From Eledone cirrhosa (lineage: Eukaryota): a DNA stretch of 64,000 nt. A model generated the notes under the pieces. It searched no databases. It was given only the letters and a program-made list of their open reading frames with translations, and was not told the DNA's origin. The number at the start of each line of letters is the position of its first letter. The stretch's first letter is position 1. A program made the position numbers and the translations under genes. This document shows, piece after piece, positions 1-13,803 of the stretch. Where the stretch lies: the NCBI GenBank assembly GCA_964016885.1, contig OZ024740.1:352222001-352286000 (forward strand), written 5' to 3'.

Positions 1-177
1 ACACAGATTACTAAAATAACATCTATGATGGCGACAAGCATGGAGTCCAAAAAAGATTGTGGTGATCTACATAAGAAAAAACTCAGTTCAATGAGTTTAT
101 CTGTGTCTTCTCTTGTAAGAAGATTTTCCTTCTCGTCACGTCACACAATCTCATTCTTATTTTGTGAAGATTTATAA
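1..177 (+). CDS. Possible 3' end of a host coding exon entering from the left edge (TQITKITSMMATSMESKKDCGDLHKKKLSSMSLSVSSLVRRFSFSSRHTISFLFCEDL*)
   Basis: Frame 1 is open from base 1 to TAA at 175-177 in non-repetitive sequence, followed by AT-rich UTR-like DNA. No recognisable domain. Confidence 0.25.
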   Translation, partial: TQITKITSMMATSMESKKDCGDLHKKKLSSMSLSVSSLVRRFSFSSRHTISFLFCEDL

Positions 178-1018
178 GAGAATTGAACAATTACAAAAGA
201 TTTTAACAAATGTTCCCAGAATAAAAGTTAAAATGAACTGGTAAAAAATATTCTCTATGTTCCAAAGCAATTTTTTTTGTTTTTGTTTTTTTGTTTCTGT
301 TTGTATATATTTTGTTTGATGCGTGTATGTTTAAAAGACCGTAAATACACAAGATAAAAGAAAGGGTGAAACCATGACTTTCCACAAAGTTGTTTTGTTA
401 AGAATACATGGTAAAATAAACACTAGAGTTGTTGTTGCTATTGTAGAACTGTTAGATCAGACCTATGATCAATGGCGTTCCAGCCGTGACCCCCGTCTTT
501 TAAATGGTACATGGGACCACATTAATACAATGTGGGCTTTTTGTTTTCTTATTTAAAACGTTATGCCGAAATTTGCAGTCGAGCGATCACGTTGAGACTG
601 ACTCGTATCGGCGTTGTTCTTGTTTAGACCTAGGTCAGCCCTGATCAATCAGAACTATGATCAAAGGCATTCTGGCCATGACCATCTTGTCTTTCGTGGC
701 TATTTAGGACTACATTATTGAATCCGCCCTTTCCTTATTTAAGATGGTTTGAAGGAGATTTGATGGCTAATTTTAACAAGTAGAGCAGCCATGTGGAAAC
801 TCCCTCGTTGTCTGTTGTTATTGGTCTAATTATTAAAGCTAATATAGTATTACAGCACCAAAGAAGAAATGAGCCGAGTTCGGTATGAGACAGTAATACA
901 ATTTGCCCTTAAGAACCAATGAAGAACTTCAACCCAGCCGTACGACATGCTACATATAGCAGTTAGACATCCCTCGATTTACATCATGTCTCACAAAAAA
1001 AATCATATTTGATAATAT

Positions 1019-1212
1019 CAGACCTGTTAACCACTAAAAACCCTAACGGAGAATATCATGAGAAAAAGTACCCAAAACGGGGAGAAATGAGGCAAAATGG
1101 GTAGATTTTACATAATGAAAGCTATACCCATTTTCACAAGAGCAGGCATCTCTCACCCACCCCAAAATGGCTGGGTGATCTTCCCGTCGGACGGAGAGAG
1201 TTGACATGTCTG
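1019..1212. mobile_element. ~190-bp MITE, family A (TIR CAGACCTGYCAAC), copy 1
   Basis: Termini CAGACCTGTTAAC...GTTGACATGTCTG, flanked by TAATAT on both sides. Three more copies in the window. Confidence 0.8.
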
Positions 1213-1763
1213 TAATATAATCCAGTTTGAATAGAAAAAAAGTGATGGTCACGTTATAGGTCTGCTTGATCAGGATTTGCTTGGAGACAGACATCGAGAA
1301 TAAGTTTTCTTTCAACTCCAATATTTCACTAAGATATTGTTCACAAATGCTTGCAATTAAAAAAAAATAAGTTAGCGACAAGAAAAGGCGGTGCATCGAG
1401 TAGATTGAGACGAGATGGGAATACACAACTTTTAGTTTGATACCATAACCGTTGTACAGTAGCAACGGTTGAAAAGTGATGGGGTTTTTATTGTGGCTGT
1501 TGTTCTTGTTGTTTATTTTGTTGTTATTGTTGTTGTTGTTGTTGTTGTTTTCACACCTGATACGCTGCTAAAGTTCTTAGAAAATGTATTAACGCCACAA
1601 CAATACGTTTCCTCTTGTGTGCTGTTGTTGTTTAGCCACAGTTCAGCTCTGAACGAACAGACTTTTTTTATATATCTTCAGACTACATTATCCCATGTGT
1701 ATTTCGTTTTCATGAAATGAGAGAGATTTGGCTGCTAATTCTAGCAATAGCGACCGTATAGAG

Positions 1764-2094
1764 CAGTGGTTCTTAACCTGGGGTGCCGGCACCCCCAAGG
1801 GGTGCAAGATTCAGTTATTGGTGGTGCGAGGAGAGGACAAGTCCAGAAAAACAACTGTATTTTTTTTCATTTTACTTCACATCATTCAGTGTTTTGATTG
1901 AATATTTTCTATTATTTAAAAGATAATTGTATTTATTAATCATAGTAGTTAATTAATTAAATAGTAGCAGCTAAGTAACTGATAATTTGACCTGAAAATT
2001 CAAGTTCTTTTGTCTTATGTGCTAGGCCTAGGGGTGCGGGATGGACTTTCAAAATCTCAAGGGATGCCACAATAGAAAAAGGTTAAGAACCACT
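1764..2094. mobile_element. hAT/Charlie-like MITE
   Basis: TIRs CAGTGGTTCTTAACCT ... AGGTTAAGAACCACT; non-coding interior. Confidence 0.75.
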
Positions 2095-2599
2095 TTTTTT
2101 TTTTTTTAAATAAAACTTCTGGTATCTCCGGACTATAGTTTTTCGTTCACCAACTCCAGACGAGGGCATTACACTTAAGGTAAAATTACTAATGCAGCGG
2201 ATAACGCTAGCTGTTCGCTGCGACAACGCTTTCGCCATTTTGTCCGCGGGACGCAGCTGAAACCGATTCTGCCTTGATAATGAAAAATGTTATTTTAAAA
2301 GCAACAGTAGTTTCAGCTACTCTCTGTGCATCTAAATCAGGCGTTAAATGCTAAAATTGACCAAAGGAAATCTTATAGAAAAAATGTTTACATGCTACAT
2401 GAGGAAAAAAGAAAGAGACCCATTTTTTGGTGATGGCTGACTGGCCAGGGGTTTTCCTCTGAGGCGCAAGCCAGGGCAGGGTTCTTTTCTAAAGACTAGC
2501 TGTCGCCCGTGAATGCAAGTCTCCCCTCGCCTCTACACCGATATAGTCCAAGAGAAAGGCTGATACAAATCAGAGTTAAGAGTCCTTTCTTTTTTAAAA

Positions 2600-3272
2600 T
2601 ATATAACTATATATTTCTTCAATGGCATTTAACTATATATTTTACCTTTGTGTGATATCGGACCATAGATTTAAACGTCTGTGTCATATTTAACTTTAGG
2701 TTTAATCAGTATATGTTACTATATATTTTATATCACTATATATTTTACCTGTATATCATACTTGACTTTAGATTTCATCTGTATATGTGATGTATATAGG
2801 GGCGTAACTAGGGAAAATAGCACCTATGGCAAGCAGTGAAGTTGCGTCCCTGCCCAGCACTATATTTTTAACTATGGACCTAATAATTCATATGAATTAG
2901 TTTAGTGATCCAGCCACCATAGTACTTCTCACCCATGATAATCAAAGACAGATCATACATCTCACTCTCCAACGATAGCTTATCTGACTTTAATAGAAAG
3001 TGTTCCTGATTCAAGTGGTGCCCCGTTTCAAGTGTCGCCCATGATACGAGCCATGCTTGCCATACCTTAGTTACTCCTCTAGATATATGACTATAAATTC
3101 TACATATATATGTGATATTTTTTTACGTATTTCACCAGCATATCATATTTTTCAAAAGATATGTGATATTTTACTATAGATTTCACATGTATGGGATAAT
3201 TTTACTTTAAACATCACATGTATGTAATAGTTTACTATAAATTTCACCTGCATGTGATATTTTACTGTATAT
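2600..3272. repeat. Degenerate ~30-bp minisatellite (TGATATTTTACTATAGATTTCACATGTATG-like), interrupted by a MITE
   Basis: Recurring TATTTTACT/TAGATTT/TGTATGTG motifs on both sides of 2797-3081. Confidence 0.55.
2797..3081. mobile_element. MITE with TIR (T)AGGGGCGTAACTAGG
   Basis: Left TAGGGGCGTAACTAGG and right CTTAGTTACTCCTCTA are imperfect inverted repeats. Confidence 0.65.
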
Positions 3273-4110
3273 GAGTCAACCGGAGAGTTTTTATTAAACT
3301 TTGAAACGAAAACAAACATTTTTTTTCCTTTTCTTGCTGCCGTCATAACAGTCAAGTTCAGAGCTAACCCAGGACGAAATAACAACAGAAATGTATATTA
3401 TAATACAAGCATAATGGCTGTTGTCAACTCGCTATCATGGATGGCCACCTTTTCTGCCCTATCTTTCCCTTTAAAGGCGAAGAACCATCCTATAATGAGA
3501 TCTCGGGATGACAGATATACACTAAAATGGAAATACCAAGACTTCCATCACCTTCAACATAAAACGCAGTCACATAGGTGACCGGAGAATCGCGAATGCT
3601 CTTACCTATACTACATTTTCTGTGAGCCTTTATCAGTGTGAAGACTACGGAATTGGTGGTATTTCGTTGACACAGATATCTTTGATGCAATGAAAGGTCC
3701 ATCGTTTATTTATGGTTCCAGCGAGTCCGAGTTGTGATATTTGCTGGAAAATAGTACCTATACATGACATTTTAGGACAACAAACGGCTGTGAAACATGA
3801 GTTATTCTCTAAACAAAGCAAGCTGGCCAGAGACTGCAAACACCGCATATTTCAAGAAGGAATATCCTTCCTACATGTTTATTTACATAAACATGTAGAT
3901 ACACACATATTGGATGACATTTAACTCTAGTGAGTTCATTCGTTCTTTGATACGATTTGTTTTCAGCGAGCAGGGTGTCCATAAATCACCCGCCTCTAAA
4001 AGCAGGTTTGGTTGCGTTGCCAGTTTAGTCGCCGACGATCCAGCTACGCAACTTATTGTTTGGGTTCCCAGTAGAAACCACGATCAATCTGACAACTATA
4101 TACATATATT

Positions 4111-4237
4111 CAGTGCCGGATTTAGAACAAATGAAGACCTGTAAAAAATATTTTGGGCAGGAAGATGGGCCCCCATCCCCTGGCCAACGGGGCCCTGTGC
4201 TTAAGCACACCTAAGCACAATGGTAAATTCGACACTG
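4111..4237. mobile_element. 127-bp hAT-type MITE
   Basis: TIRs CAGTGCCGGATTTA / TAAATTCGACACTG; flanks CATATATT / CATATATA (7/8 match, consistent with an 8-bp TSD). Confidence 0.7.
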
Positions 4238-4586
4238 CATATATATATATATACTAGCATACATAGACGTTCGCACACACACACACATACATACATACAT
4301 ACACATACATACATACATACATACATACATACATACATACATACATACATACATACATACATACATACATACTGCCTATTTACTCTGAGATATGATGACG
4401 ACTGATGCAGTCAGTTATATGAACAGGGGGGGGGGGGGGGTCTTGTGTGTGTGTGTGTGTGTCTCCAGAGATATATCGAGTGACTTATTCTGCAATGTTA
4501 AACACACACAAAACAAGTGTATATGTTTACATATTTCTACGTATGCATGAATAAAATATTTAAGTTTTTAACAAATAAACAGACGA

Positions 4587-4676
<90 letters not shown>

Positions 4677-5104
4677 TGTGTGAGTTCACGCGCGCTCGTA
4701 CATATCTGTACATGTAAGAGTATATATGCAATATATATATATATGTGTGTGTGTGTGTGGGCGCGCGCTCGTATATATCTTCTATATGTAAGATTATATA
4801 TGCAATATATATATATATAAGTTATAAACAAGTATTCCAGCCATGTGGTTTAGCTATACATAAGTGTGCCGGTTGCTGTTAAGAAACGTAAACTGAGAAA
4901 TTGTATACATCCTTTATATATAAACTGTTCAACTCAGACGTGCATCTTTGTATATGCACATACAGAAACATTTACATATGCATGTTTCTATTTATACAGA
5001 TTCACACGTTTCATACAAATATATATAAATATGTGTGTGTGTATGTATATGCGTGTGTGTGCGTGTATATATGTATGTCAATATATATAAACTGTATATA
5101 TATA

Positions 5105-5200
5105 TAGGGTGTCCCAAAAATGTATACACACTTCAACTGCATTCTAATAAATAGTGCCTGTACAGGTAAACAAAGTGTGTATACATTTTTGTGGAACATC

Positions 5201-5203
<3 letters not shown>
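5105..5203. mobile_element. ~100-bp Tc1/mariner-type MITE, copy 1
   Basis: Long TIRs (C/T)AGGGTGTCCCAAAAATGTATACAC with TA flanks; second copy at 51095-51192. Confidence 0.8.
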
Positions 5204-5284
<81 letters not shown>

Positions 5285-5335
5285 TACCTTAGCAGGGCCT
5301 CAGCCGGATGGCTGGAACAGGTAAAAGAGTAAATA

Positions 5336-5367
<32 letters not shown>

Positions 5368-5384
5368 CATATATATATATACAC

Positions 5385-5416
<32 letters not shown>

Positions 5417-5454
5417 TCACACACACGTTATATTTAAATGTTTTTGTATGAGTG

Positions 5455-5532
<78 letters not shown>

Positions 5533-5577
5533 TGTATAAGACTATGAAAAGCAGACACGCGCGCGTGTGTATTACAT

Positions 5578-5905
5578 TAATTGTTTCTACTTTAGGCACG
5601 AGGCCAGCAAATACTCAGTGCATTACTGGTACTTTATTTTATCGACCCCGTAAGGATGAAAGGCAAAGTTAACCTCGGCGTGTGTGTTACCTTAAAGTCT
5701 TCAGTTAGAACTATACTGCAGACTATACTGAAAATGAACAATAAAGTTCTGTTTTTACTGTTTGATAATGGTTTCTACTCTTAGGCACAAGCCAGTTATT
5801 GGTGAGGGTAGGGAAGTCGACAATACAGAACCAGCGCTTCACTGGTACTTTATTTTATCGACCCTGGAAGGATGAAAAGCAAAGTTGACCTTAATAGGAT
5901 TTGAA
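5578..5905 (-). mobile_element. Two 5'-truncated copies of tRNA-derived SINE family 1
   Basis: Match the core ACTGGTACTTTATTTTATCGACCCCGTAAGGATGAAAGGCAAAGTTAACCTCGGCG found in more than 12 copies in the window. Confidence 0.8.
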
Positions 5906-5959
5906 TGTAAATAACTTCTTCGTTTTCAATTTATACCACTTGTGTGTGTATATTTTATA

Positions 5960-6000
<41 letters not shown>

Positions 6001-6004
<4 letters not shown>

Positions 6005-6197
6005 AACAAGTAAGACCCCGACGGCTGAGCTCAAGCCGTTTCGACGGCTAATTCTGGACTAATTCAGAATTAGCCGTCGAAACGGCTTGAGCTCAGCCGT
6101 CGGGGTCTTACTTGTTCCTATTACCCACTCTACTACCCTAAGTATTGAGTACTTTGGTGCGTTATGGTCCACCTGGTTCCTTACCACTTTTCCTTCG

Positions 6198-6198
<1 letters not shown>
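6001..6198 (+). mobile_element. Palindromic mini-insertion, probable PLE terminal-repeat fragment carrying the 3' half of a hammerhead
   Basis: Perfect 56-bp inverted arms (6001-6056 / 6065-6120) containing GAAA-CGGCT..AGCCG-TC, then a unique tail; bounded by (TA)n. Relatives at 10831-11015 and 35452-35560. Confidence 0.6.
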
Positions 6199-6254
<56 letters not shown>

Positions 6255-6269
6255 TATAATATATATATA

Positions 6270-6384
<115 letters not shown>

Positions 6385-6626
6385 TTGATAGTCACAAGAA
6401 GAAATAAAACAATGTTTATCACTTGGATCGAAAATGTAATAAAACATTGTTCATAATTTGACGCATGCGTCCTTCATGAAACTTATCAAGTATAAATATT
6501 GTCGTTAAGGAGTAGTCACACGCATCTGCATTCAATAACATATATATATATATATACATATTTGTATATATATATATTTTATATATATATATATTATATA
6601 TATATTATATATATATATATATTATA

Positions 6627-6730
<104 letters not shown>

Positions 6731-6743
6731 ATACATACATACA

Positions 6744-6776
<33 letters not shown>

Positions 6777-7333
6777 GTATGTATATATATATATATTGAA
6801 TATGATATTCCGTTTATAGTAAATGTAAGAGAAGTCTTACCTTCATTTATAGAAGTCCGGAAACAGTTTGGTTTCCAGCCCGGCATTGTTATCGGGCGAA
6901 ATAGAAAGGAAAATGATGAACGAAATACAAAGAATATATATATAGGATGGTTGTACGATCGAATCCAAGCGTCACACAGTTTTGGTAATTATATCCACAG
7001 TGTTAGCTAAGTTAGTTTTGGCCTAGGAAGAAGTCGTTGCTGACGTGCAGCACCTGAAGGGAAGTCATGATATATGGTTGAAATAAAAATAATGGGGGGG
7101 GGGGGGTATCTCACTTAGAATCAGGAGTCAAAGAAACAGAAAGGACGACTACTGATGTGTTTTCTTGTTGTTGGTTTGTTTTTACGTTGGTGAAGTTATG
7201 TGCGCGGGGGTGGCGCGGGGGTGCGCGTAGTTTCGTTTTGCCTTTTTCTTTTTCAACAGTTTAACATGCCCAGTAAGCTCACATAACACTACATAACAGA
7301 GGTGTGTATATGTATGTGTGTCTGTCTGTCTTC

Positions 7334-7390
<57 letters not shown>

Positions 7391-7959
7391 TGTGTGTGTG
7401 TGCGCGCGTGTGTGTGCGTGTGTGCGTGTGTGTGTGTGTATAAGTGTGTATGTATGTGTCTGGGATGGGGAGAGCCTGATAGTAAGCATACAGAATAATT
7501 AGAGCACTGCAGACTCACCCAACTTGTACATAGTAGGGGAGGGGGTGAAAGTTCAGGTTGGCTGATGGTAATAGTGATGCTGGTGGTATTGGCCTGGTAG
7601 TTTTCAAACGCGTCTTCAGTTTCCGATGTTTCGTTTCTCCCAGCATTTTCAAATTTGTTTTTCGTTTCATGGAAAATAACGTGATTCTTTGCTTTCCATT
7701 TAATGTCCACATTGACATCCATAGTGGCACTGTAAGAAGCTGGCAAACAATGAGTTTTATAGACTACTAAAAAGGTTAGAGAGAGACTGCTGACGAAATT
7801 TATTAAAATGAATTGGGTAATAAAAGAGAAGCAAACATGTTGATGGGTAAATCCGAGAAGAGTAAACTAACAACGAAGACATATTTATGACAGTAATGGA
7901 AATATAGAATCGAGTCAATGAGGGAGATTCTACGCAGTCACTCAACCTGCTAGAAATAG

Positions 7960-8600
7960 CAGTGGTCCTAGCCGCGGTCAATATCCCTGAACTCAGGAGC
8001 CAGCCGAAGAGACTCGATAATCTTACACTTTGCCCTTGGACTGGAGGTTGGTGACCCATATGCGATGCCACAGTCAACGACTCTTTCACTTTCTCTCATA
8101 TCCTGAATGTTGTGGCGAAGTTAGGGGTCACTGCATCCGTACCAAACGGAATAAAATTGTGAAATACAATGAATTATCAGTAAACGTTTTTTGTTCATCC
8201 TGTGACATTCAGGGATTTGGACCACTGATGGTACGTGACTATTCAAATACCTTAGCCCCGCTATCACCCACTAGGTGTCTTGGCTTGTCTCAAAACGTTT
8301 TAGTGAGAAGCACCAGTATTCCCGGCTGTAATGTCTGATTGTACGTGCATGTCTTCAGTTTTTGCTTTTTTTATCTGATTAATTTCTGTTGATTTGTTCT
8401 TTTTATAAATCATATTCAATATATAAATTGTCTTTATATGTAAATATAATTGAAATATCTTTTTTATTCAAAGACCTGTATAAACAAGCTGTATTTTATT
8501 GTATCATTTTATGTTTTCATTCCTCACACAAATGTGTGCTTTTGGCCTGAAAGTTCAATCGGCGCCTAGGAATCAATATCGACCACCTTAGAGACCCCTG
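7960..8600. mobile_element. Possible degenerate hAT-like non-autonomous element
   Basis: Weak TIRs CAGTGGTCC..GGTCAATAT / ATATCGACC..GACCCCTG; no TSD seen. Confidence 0.3.
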
Positions 8601-10129
8601 TGCTAAGTCAAGGGAGCCTCTACCTGCTTACTCGACATGTTAGAAATAGTAGCCAAATCTTCTTACTGCCTTTAGAAAGGAAAACAAGATACATTAGACA
8701 ATACAGTCCTAGATACAATTTAAAAAACAGGATGGTATGCCTTTGATAATAGGTCTGCTCATTAAGCCTGACCTGAGTGTAAGCAACAACCTCTTCTTCT
8801 TCTTCTTCTTCTTCTTCCCTTTGATAATAGGTCTGCTCATTAAAGCTGACCTGAGTGTAAGCAACAACCTCTAGATCACGAAATTCACACACTCTATAAA
8901 CAGATAAATTTGGACATGGAAGACCCATGATATGACCGAATACGGTAGAGTAAATCATAATTCAATGAAGTCGACATCTTAAGCAACAATCTCAAGTTTT
9001 ATTTGGAAATACCTAAGTGACTATGTAGTACGTATGATCATTTAACAACAACAACAACGGCTTCAATGACGATGATTATCGTATGAGGACGATAGTGTAG
9101 TATCTGAAATATAATGTGGAGCCCAAGTGTAATTCATTTTCTTATGTTATGTTACATTTTTAACTATTTCAGATATGGCTATATACCTTATATATCTAAC
9201 GTTGAGTCCTATCAATACCCAAATCAATGTATGCAATATGCAACTGTATATAATAATAGAGAAAATCTTATGTGCCGATCATTCAATCAGTTCTATACTC
9301 TACTGCATATAATAGTCACGATGTCCAAGGAGTTTCGGGAGTTGGTACTAACAATTTCTATAGAAAATTACCCTTCACGTACACGTATCAGACAGCAGTT
9401 TAGTTTATCGCAGACAACTCTCCAGAGGAAAGGCTGCTACATATTATCCAGATACGTAATGTCTACTCTCCAGATACTTAAACATGTATTTTTCTCTCTT
9501 TTTTTTTTTTAAGGCGGCAAGATGCAGTTTAAAGATATGACTGTTGTTAAAATTTCCCCTTCGTTGTAGACATTGCAGAGTCTTTAAAATATCTAAATAA
9601 AGTGTTTAGACTTTTTTATATATATTTTTTTACATCTCGCAATTGTTTCGTTAACTTTTCGATTTTTGTTGAAAGCTAATCATCACGTTATACATCAAGC
9701 TACTATTTAAATCGTTTTTTTTTTTTATTCTTTCTTCTCATACAGACACGTTTATATAAGACTGGTTTTCTTCACTATTATATACAGTAGCATACTACTT
9801 TCATGGGAGAATGATTTGATAGAACTCAGAGCTAATAATACAATTGAAATGGTTGACATTATAACAGTAACAAAGCAAAGAAAAATACGCCATTAGATCA
9901 AGGAACGAACCATGGTTGTTCCCTTGACAAGTAAGATATTTTGTCATGGAATTCTGTACTTCAAATTATGTGTGCTAAATAAATAAAGGCTACATTTGAC
10001 AATGTATGTTGATATGCAAAACGACGGAATAAATCTCAACTGAAGTGCATTTGACCATGTCAGCTTGACCAGAGCTAACTGACACGGAGGCTAAACAACT
10101 ATAACTACTATTATTGCTACTTAAAAGGA

Positions 10130-10410
10130 GCTCTTTGGCCATGAGGGACCATGGACTTGCACCTGAAAAGTTCCTCTCTAAGATGCATGCAAGCCTGGTA
10201 TGCCAGTCTCCTCCTTTTCACACCACTGATGTTGACCAACGGGAAAGCAAAAGCTAATACAACTTAGCACCAGAGTCATTTTTTCCAGCTGAATGGACTG
10301 CAAAAATGTGAAATAAAGTGGCTTTTCAAGGACACCACACGCCACACGGTCCGAGAATTGAACTCAGGACCTTACACTGTGAGCCAAAAATCCTTAACCA
10401 CTAAGCAACT
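10130..10410 (-). mobile_element. Degenerate tRNA-derived SINE
   Basis: Reverse strand has A/B-box-like motifs (TAGTGGTTAAGG; GAGTTCAATTCTC). A related copy lies at ~14485-14780. Confidence 0.6.
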
Positions 10411-10749
10411 GCTACAAAATTCACTACATAGACTGTGTCGGAAGATATGTCCATATGTTGGGACAATTGCTGACTGCGTCTGGAAAATATTAATCTGCAA
10501 AATTTCTTATCTATTTTTCGTTTATATTCCTGTCTGTCGAATATATATATATTTTTTTAATTTATCAATTCTGAACAATGTTTGTTTGCTTTTCAATCGT
10601 TTATTTTTGTTTGCGTAAATATCTTTGTGTAAACATTAAAGTTAACGAGTGGTTAGTTGGCATTGATTGAAAGAGGGGAAGGGATTAAATGAATGACTAA
10701 ATAGAGAGCAGTGAAGAGGGAGAAATATGAAGAAGGCGGAGAAATATAG

Positions 10750-10830
<81 letters not shown>

Positions 10831-10832
<2 letters not shown>

Positions 10833-11008
10833 AGGTGGACCATAACGCACCAGAGTACTCGATATTTGGGGTAGTAGAGTGGGTAATATGAAAAGATTCA
10901 GGACCCCGACAGCTGACCTCCGGCCGTTTCGACAGCTAGATCCGAACCTAGCTAGTTAGGATCTAGCTGTCGAAACGACCGGAGCTCACCCGTCGGGGTC
11001 CTGAATCT

Positions 11009-11015
<7 letters not shown>
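10831..11015 (-). mobile_element. Palindromic mini-insertion, same family as 6001-6198
   Basis: ~57-bp imperfect inverted arms plus the tail GAGTACTCTGGTGCGTTATGGTCCACCTGG on the minus strand; between (TA)n tracts. Confidence 0.6.
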
Positions 11016-11046
<31 letters not shown>

Positions 11047-11050
<4 letters not shown>

Positions 11051-12441
11051 GAAAGGGTCAAACTAGATGAGATGCAGTTTGGTTTTGTGCCTGGGAAGAG
11101 TACAACAGATGCCCTCTTCTTGGTGAGACAAATGCAAGAGAGGTTCTTAGAGAAGAATAAGCCACTATACTTAGCCTTTGTTGACCTAGAGAAGGCCTTT
11201 GATAGGGTACCCCGATCTGTCATCTGGTGGTCCCTAAGGAAGCTGGGTGTTGAGGAATGGCTTGTAAGGACAGTGCAAACTTTGTACAGAGGTACTCTCA
11301 GTAAAGTCAGGGTAGGAATGGAGTTTAGTGAGGAATTCCAGATACAAGTAGGAGTACATCAGGGTTCGGTCCTCAGCCCGCTCTTGTTCATTATAGTCCT
11401 CCAAGCCATAACAGAGGAGTTTAAGACTGGCTGTCCATGGGAACTTCTCTATGCTGACGATCTGGCTCTTATGGCAGAATCAGTAGAGGAGCTAGAGAAT
11501 AAATTCCGGCTATGGAAGCAGCAGTTGGAAGCAAGAGGACTGAGAGTAAATCTAGCTAAGACAAAAGTGTTGATGAGTAGAAAAGAGGACAAAACCCTGA
11601 TTCCGTCAGGGAAATGGCCATGTTCGATATGCAGAAAAGGAACTGGCATAAATTCTATAAAATGCACACAATGTAGGTCCTGGGTACACAAGAGATGTAG
11701 CGGGATAGCAGGCAAACTAACAGGTAGGGAGAAATATGTATGCAGTAGATGTACAGGGAAATTAGACAGTAGAAGTCGCACTGATAGACACATTTTTCAA
11801 ATGCGAGAGGGCGCTATAGAAGTGGTGGATAGCTTCCGGTACCTAGGAGATCAGATTAGCATGGGAGGAGGGTGTTCCGAGGCCATAGTATCTAGAATAA
11901 GGACGGGTTGGAAGAAGTTTAGGGAGCTGCTTCCTCTGTTGACGAAGAAGGGTTTCTCCCTGCGTACGAAAGGCCGGTTGTATGATGCCTGTGTGAGGAG
12001 CGCGATGCTGCATGGTAGTGAGACATGGGCAGCTACCGCAGAAGATATGCGACGGCTGGAGAGAAATGAGGCAAGCATGCTCCGTTGGATGTGCAGTGTA
12101 AATGTGCGTGAACGACCCAGCATAAATGTGTTGAGAGAGAAACTGTGTCTGAGAGGGATAGAATGTAGTGTACGGGAGAGGAGACTGGGGTGGTATGGAC
12201 ATGTGATGCGCATGGAGGATGACCGATGGGTGAAGAAGTGCCAGGAAATGCCAGTTGAAGGAAGACGTGGTAGAGGTAGACCACGAAAAACATGGGCGGA
12301 GGTGGTGAGAACAGACCTCAGATCATTGAAGCTCACGGTGGAGATGACGAGGGACCGTGACGAGTGGAGAGATGCTGTGCTGAATAAGACCCGTCCCACC
12401 CTTGCAAGCAGGGAAAAGCGGACGTAAAATGATGATGATGA

Positions 12442-12445
<4 letters not shown>
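11047..12445 (+). mobile_element. 5'-truncated RTE-clade LINE: uninterrupted reverse transcriptase ORF (11072-12427) with an inserted Cys/His zinc-finger module
   Basis: RT motifs QFGF, FVDLEKAFD, GVHQGSVLSPLLF, YADD, FRYLG; RTE-like C-terminus (RLGWYGHVMRM, GRRGRGRPRKTW, DRDEWR); (GAT)n tail; inserted in (TA)n. Confidence 0.95.
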
Positions 12446-12519
<74 letters not shown>

Positions 12520-12522
<3 letters not shown>

Positions 12523-13200
12523 AAAACCTAGTTTTTAGTAAGTAGGAATGAAGCTACGATCCTAATACCATTAGGGAAATGACCGTGCTCGATATGCAGA
12601 AACGGAGTTGGTAGGAATTCTATAAGGTGTACACAATGTAAAATATGTGTAGACAAGAGGTGTAGTGGAATCGCAGACATGCTAATAGAAAAGGTAGGCT
12701 ATGTATGTGGCAGATGCACATGGATAGTTGATAGTAATAACACCAGTGAAATATACTTTTTTTCTAATCCAAGGAAGGTTCCAGACGAGTAGTTGATTGC
12801 ATATGTTACCTCGGTGACCAAATTAGCTGTGAAGTGAGTTGCTTGGAAAATATTGTTGCGAAAATAAGAATAGGTTAGGAAAAGATGAGAGAGCTACTAC
12901 ATCCGTTGGCAACAAAGGAATTACTTTTCCGCTCGAAGGGTGAACTGTATGATGCTTATGTGAGAAGTGCGATGCTGTGTAATAGTAAGCCGTGGGCAGT
13001 GAATGCAGAGGATGCACGAAGGATGGAAAGAAACGAATCAAACATGTTCTGTTGAATGTGTAATGTTAATGCGAACGAACAAAAAAGTACGGAGGGACTG
13101 AGTGAAAATCTGGGTATAAAAGGAATCAGATGTAACGTTCAGTTAAGATTGCATTGATATGAACATAAAATGTGTATGGGTGATGATCGTTGTGTGCAAA
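12520..13200 (+). pseudogene. Older degraded copy of the same zinc-finger RTE family
   Basis: Nucleotide similarity to ~11560-12240 (e.g. AGGGAAATGACCGTGCTCGATATGCAGAAA; TGTATGATGC..GTGAGAAGTGCGATGCTG), with many stops. Confidence 0.8.
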
Positions 13201-13803
13201 TGAAAATACATACATATATACATACATACACTCATCAGACCATGAATCGGCATCTGGAAAGCTCAGTACCTATATTGCTATTGACGTTGCCATCACAAAC
13301 CACAAACCAAAGAGCAAGAAGAAATTGCACAAGACATTCAGTTAGGCGCTCTAATGACTCTACCAGTTCACCGCCTTACATACGTAGATAATTAGACACA
13401 TACACACATAATCATATAAGCAGGATTATTCCTACACACGATCTCCTTTACATAAAGACATGAGATTTATAGACATTTCGACGTTGCTGTCACTACTACC
13501 GATCTCTTTCTCTTACAAAGGTGTATATACTCTTACCATCCCCTTTCCAGTGTGAAAGACATTTTACACCACAGAAACACTATCTTTAATAGATGTTAAA
13601 AGATGGCTGTTATGACATGTTATAAGTTCATATATATGTGCATGCTCTAACGTCGTTTTTCAGTGCATATTTGTGCATATTCTAATAGCTTTCTTCTGTG
13701 CAGTGCAGTATTAATTTCTTCTTGTTAATTATTACAATGTCTCGTGTTTCAGAAGCTGTCTTGTTAGTAGGAGCATGTGTAAATACATGTAAGGTCATGT
13801 GAA

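Noticed and set aside
3606-4145. Possible minus-strand exons (TTTTCCAG..GTAAG; TTTTTTACAG)
   Set aside because: The first candidate has stops in all three frames, and the second acceptor lies inside the 4111-4237 MITE.
8738-8872. Tandem ~55-bp duplication separated by (CTT)n, and short duplications at 50880/51780
   Set aside because: Ordinary local duplications with no structural or coding signal.
11449-12399. Antisense ORFs over LINE RT regions (also 18545-20966)
   Set aside because: Shadow frames of GC-richer LINE coding sequence with no motifs.
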